Below are positions 26,619 through 29,230 of a DNA stretch of 29,230 nucleotides, piece after piece. A model generated the notes under the pieces. That model was not told the origin of the DNA. It did no database searches and saw only the letters and a program-made list of their open reading frames with translations. Numbering within the stretch: position 1 is the first letter of the stretch; every line of letters begins with the position of its first letter. Source of the DNA: a virus (lineage: Duplodnaviria; Caudoviricetes); the IMG/VR virus record IMGVR_UViG_3300048576_000607, positions 1 through 29,230 of that record. One strand, 5' to 3'. Position numbers and translations under genes: made by a program.

Positions 26619-27428
26619 ATGGATTTGTTCGAGTGCAAGGGGCTGCGAGCCCGCATCAGCCCGGCCCAATGCCGGGCGAACCGGACGCGGCCGGTGTCGT
26701 CCTCGCTGGCCAATCTGCCCACGCGGCCGCCGGCCTGCCGGTCCTGCATCCAGTGGAAGGAGATCGATCCGCCTCCTCCCAAGGTGGAAGACCCGGCTGA
26801 GCAGGCCCTGGCCGAGACACTGGCCACCTTGTGGGGCGACATCGATGAAGGGCGTCTCGGGGTCAAATACATCCTGAATGCCTACAATCGACGGGTGTTC
26901 CCGGAACTGCGGAAACGCCGATCGTTGAACATGGCCGATTGGCTCCAGATGCTCGGCTTTCGGGTTCTGGACGGGGAAAGCTTCCGGGGGGTGCATGGCC
27001 GCCGTTGCCTGCTAGTGGATGTGGCGGTCGAAGCGTTCGTGAAGGGGCGGGGCTTAGCCGTGCTGCAAGCCAAGGAAGTGGCGGCGGTGGACCAACTGCT
27101 GGATGTAGTCGGTCTCAAGGAGGACGCGTCCGATCCGGAGGATGATGGCGAAGAAGCGGATGGCCAGGATGAAGAGGAGCCGGTGGGCATGCCGGGCGAG
27201 TGGATTTCCACGCCGGTTTTCACCCCTCCGAGACAGGCAGAAAACGGCGCGCCTTGCGTCCGATGCCGCTATTTCAGGCCGTTGCCGACCTTTGATGATG
27301 GTGTTGAAGGCATGCGTCTGTGCTGGTCCAGGAAGCCGGCCTGGAATTTCACCTGTTTCGAGCTCCGCAGGGAGGTTGCGCATGAAAGTCGTTCTGAGTC
27401 GGGATCTGCGCTTGGTGGCCACCCATAA
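26619..27428 (+). CDS. Cys-rich, putative Zn-binding phage protein (269 aa)
   Basis: ATG 27 nt after the hairpin. N-terminal FEC...QC...CRSC and C-terminal CVRC...LC...TC clusters, separated by a helical core and an acidic linker. Overlaps the next gene by 47 nt. Confidence 0.6.
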   Translation: MDLFECKGLRARISPAQCRANRTRPVSSSLANLPTRPPACRSCIQWKEIDPPPPKVEDPAEQALAETLATLWGDIDEGRLGVKYILNAYNRRVFPELRKRRSLNMADWLQMLGFRVLDGESFRGVHGRRCLLVDVAVEAFVKGRGLAVLQAKEVAAVDQLLDVVGLKEDASDPEDDGEEADGQDEEEPVGMPGEWISTPVFTPPRQAENGAPCVRCRYFRPLPTFDDGVEGMRLCWSRKPAWNFTCFELRREVAHESRSESGSALGGHP

Positions 27429-27894
27429 CGATGACCAGGATGTCGTTGACAAGTACCCTGGTTGCCACGTGATCCGCGTGACCTCGGGGGTGCCGCTGGA
27501 CTTCAATGTGCCGCTGGACGTCTCCTTGGAGGAGCTCCGGACGGCCGCCTGCGAAGCCATCGACGCCAGGGCCGAAACGCGACGGCTGGCGGTCCTGACG
27601 CCCGGCTCCGGCCAGATGGCGGCCTACCAAGCCAAGGAGGTTCAGGCCGCCGCTCTTCTCCAGGACCCGGACCCGACCGAGGCCGAGTACCCGGACGTCT
27701 TCAACGAAATCGGCATCACGGCGGACACGGCGCACGAGGTGGCCATGGCCGTGCTGGCCGCCGCCGAGCGGTGGCGGCAGTATGGACGGGGAATCGAGAA
27801 GGCGCGGCTGGGCGGGAAGAAGGCCGTGGCCGAGGCCGGCGACTCGGCCGGAGTCCTGGACGCCCGGGATGGCGTGGCTTGGCCGGAGGCGTAA
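27382..27894 (+). CDS. Tail-fibre assembly/chaperone-like protein (170 aa)
   Basis: GGGAGG RBS before ATG at 27382. TPGSGQMAAYQAKE...EYP...EIGIT...W...IEKARLGGKKAV...VAWP, with the C-terminal WP typical of tail-fibre assembly-like proteins. Confidence 0.7.
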   Translation: MKVVLSRDLRLVATHNDDQDVVDKYPGCHVIRVTSGVPLDFNVPLDVSLEELRTAACEAIDARAETRRLAVLTPGSGQMAAYQAKEVQAAALLQDPDPTEAEYPDVFNEIGITADTAHEVAMAVLAAAERWRQYGRGIEKARLGGKKAVAEAGDSAGVLDARDGVAWPEA

Positions 27895-28187
27895 TGCTAA
27901 CGTCAAAAGTCGCCTACCGGCCGGCCAGGCGGGGGCTGACCGATCCCCTGGCCGTGTTGCAGTCCAAGGGCGCGCGCGTGTCCCTGGTTGACGGGAAGGT
28001 TCAATTGCTTTTCGACAACCATGTGGGCCGGGATATCAGAAAACGGTGCTACGAGTATGCCGCCCATTTCGATGCGTTGCTCAAGCTGCAACTCGACGTG
28101 CCCCCTGGCGAAAATCCGCGCACGATCCAGCAGCTGGTGGGCGTCGGCCGGGTCCGGTGGACGGGCCAGCGGTTCGAGATCCCATGA
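27894..28187 (+). CDS. Small hypothetical protein, TubC-N-like (97 aa)
   Basis: GGAGG RBS and TAATG overlap at 27894. LAVLQSKGARVSLVDGKVQL resembles the TubC N-terminal docking-like motif seen in phage proteins. Confidence 0.55.
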   Translation: MLTSKVAYRPARRGLTDPLAVLQSKGARVSLVDGKVQLLFDNHVGRDIRKRCYEYAAHFDALLKLQLDVPPGENPRTIQQLVGVGRVRWTGQRFEIP

Positions 28188-28417
28188 CGTTGCCGCGTGG
28201 CCTGCCTTTGCCGGCGGACTGGTCGATGCTCCCCAGGGAGCGGCAACTCCGACTCTGGCTGCGGGGCCAGGGGCTCACGTTATCCAGTCTGGCCGAGAGG
28301 ATGGGCGTGCACAAGTCAGCGTTGGGAAAGTGGCTGGTAAGCTGCTCGGAACCGTTGCCGGAAAAAAGAAAGGCGGAATTACTCGCCTTGGGGCTTCCCG
28401 AAGGGTGCGTGCCGTAA
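28184..28417 (+). CDS. XRE/Cro-like helix-turn-helix protein (77 aa)
   Basis: ATGA overlap at 28184. LRLWLRGQGLTLSSLAERMGVHKSALGKWL is a clear HTH pattern. Confidence 0.75.
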   Translation: MTLPRGLPLPADWSMLPRERQLRLWLRGQGLTLSSLAERMGVHKSALGKWLVSCSEPLPEKRKAELLALGLPEGCVP

Positions 28418-28762
28418 CGACTAGTGCAGATTTTGAACCCTTCATTTCCCCTGGTCGTTGTTAACATGCTGTTTTAAAAGTAAATTTTTTTGAAAGCATT
28501 TCCTCTGAGCCACAGCTTTGCCCTCTTGGCAGTTTGTTCTCGACCGTTTAAGGAGGGAGCCAGGGTTTTTCGGGAGGATCGGCAACTTTTCACATCCGGG
28601 GTTGCCGACGTTTTGGAATCGGAATTCTATATAGGGTAAATGACTGTAGTTGCTATGTATAATTACTGCGCCATATATTCATAGGTCTTATTGATAGATG
28701 TTTTAGAATGCTTCCGGCGTCAAGAGGTATTTCCTGTCTGCAATAAAACGAGGGTGGCCTAT

Positions 28763-29230
28763 ATGGATGCACAGGACAAGGAATTAGAGATATACAAGCA
28801 AAGATGTGAGGGATTTCGTTCTCTCAATGAGATCATGTGGCGTATTCCCGTGATGGTTATGACCATAACGGGTGGTCTTTGGTTTGCGATAGCCAAATTT
28901 GAGATGACTTCGTATTCGAGGTCCGCTCTTTTGTTGTTTGGGATTATATTGAATGCTGTTTTCATAATTGTTTTGTTTAGAATTCGAGTGGTTATGAATA
29001 AATTGTTAAAATTAACCAACGAATTTGAGGGCATCCCTCATAAAAAAGGGTTCTTCGTTGTTTGGTGCTTTTCTTTCGGTATGCTTGCGATGATTATTGC
29101 GTGTGCTGTGGCAATGGTCTCCTTGGATAAAGTTTTTGAAAAAACAGAAAGGAGTGTTCAACCTACTGCAATCATGTATAACAATTGTTGTGTCTTCTCT
29201 GGGCAGGATTGTCTTGTTTGTAAAAAATAG
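28763..29230 (+). CDS. Low-GC membrane protein with about 3 transmembrane helices (155 aa)
   Basis: GAGGG RBS before ATG at 28763; TAG at the window end. Hydrophobic segments IPVMVMTITGGLWFAIA, ALLLFGIILNAVFIIVLF and FFVVWCFSFGMLAMIIACAVAMV. Confidence 0.7.
   Translation: MDAQDKELEIYKQRCEGFRSLNEIMWRIPVMVMTITGGLWFAIAKFEMTSYSRSALLLFGIILNAVFIIVLFRIRVVMNKLLKLTNEFEGIPHKKGFFVVWCFSFGMLAMIIACAVAMVSLDKVFEKTERSVQPTAIMYNNCCVFSGQDCLVCKK

Larger units (their letters stand above)
1..28417 (+). mobile_element. Prophage/phage late gene region (podovirus-like); left end lies outside the window
   Basis: More than 20 co-oriented, tightly coupled genes with phage structural motifs and a DarB-like giant protein. 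GC content drops abruptly after 28417. Confidence 0.85.

Noticed and set aside
25851-26620. Canonical CRISPR array or cas operon near the RAMP gene
   Set aside because: No 25-40-nt direct repeats with spacers and no other cas-like ORF were seen anywhere in the window.
28427-28445. tRNA 3'-end-like att core (reverse complement GGGTTCAAAATCTG)
   Set aside because: The T-loop spacing is non-canonical and there is no acceptor stem or CCA; an att site cannot be supported without the other prophage end.
28665-28692. dif-like XerC/D site (ACTGCGCCATA...)
   Set aside because: Only a loose XerC-arm resemblance; no TTATGTTAAAT-like XerD arm.

Overview
The window is almost entirely one + strand late operon of a high-GC prophage or phage with podovirus-like organisation: no tape measure, sheath, lysis or integrase gene is visible. 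From left to right it holds head-associated small genes and an adaptor, tail proteins, and a low-GC (about 3.24-6.7 kb) LamG/ConA-like receptor-binding cassette. Next come a virion protein carrying a transglutaminase-like peptidase domain, two putative ejection proteins and a 4281-aa polyvalent DarB-like protein (Rho_N-like repeats, N6-adenine methyltransferase, SF2/SNF2 helicase, HExxH domain, PLxRFG-like tail). Tail-fibre genes, an HTH gene and a low-GC membrane-protein gene at the probable boundary complete the window. Two observations stand out. (1) A solo Cas7/RAMP-like gene (25878-26537), with no other cas gene or CRISPR array in the window, is followed immediately by a period-5 (C/G)GY-NN tract and a UUCG hairpin. 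This is a candidate phage RNA-guided system with a non-CRISPR guide RNA. (2) A 131-aa gene with its own RBS and host-like codon usage is nested in the +1 frame inside the giant ORF (15062-15457). All family assignments come from motif recognition by eye; no database searches were run.
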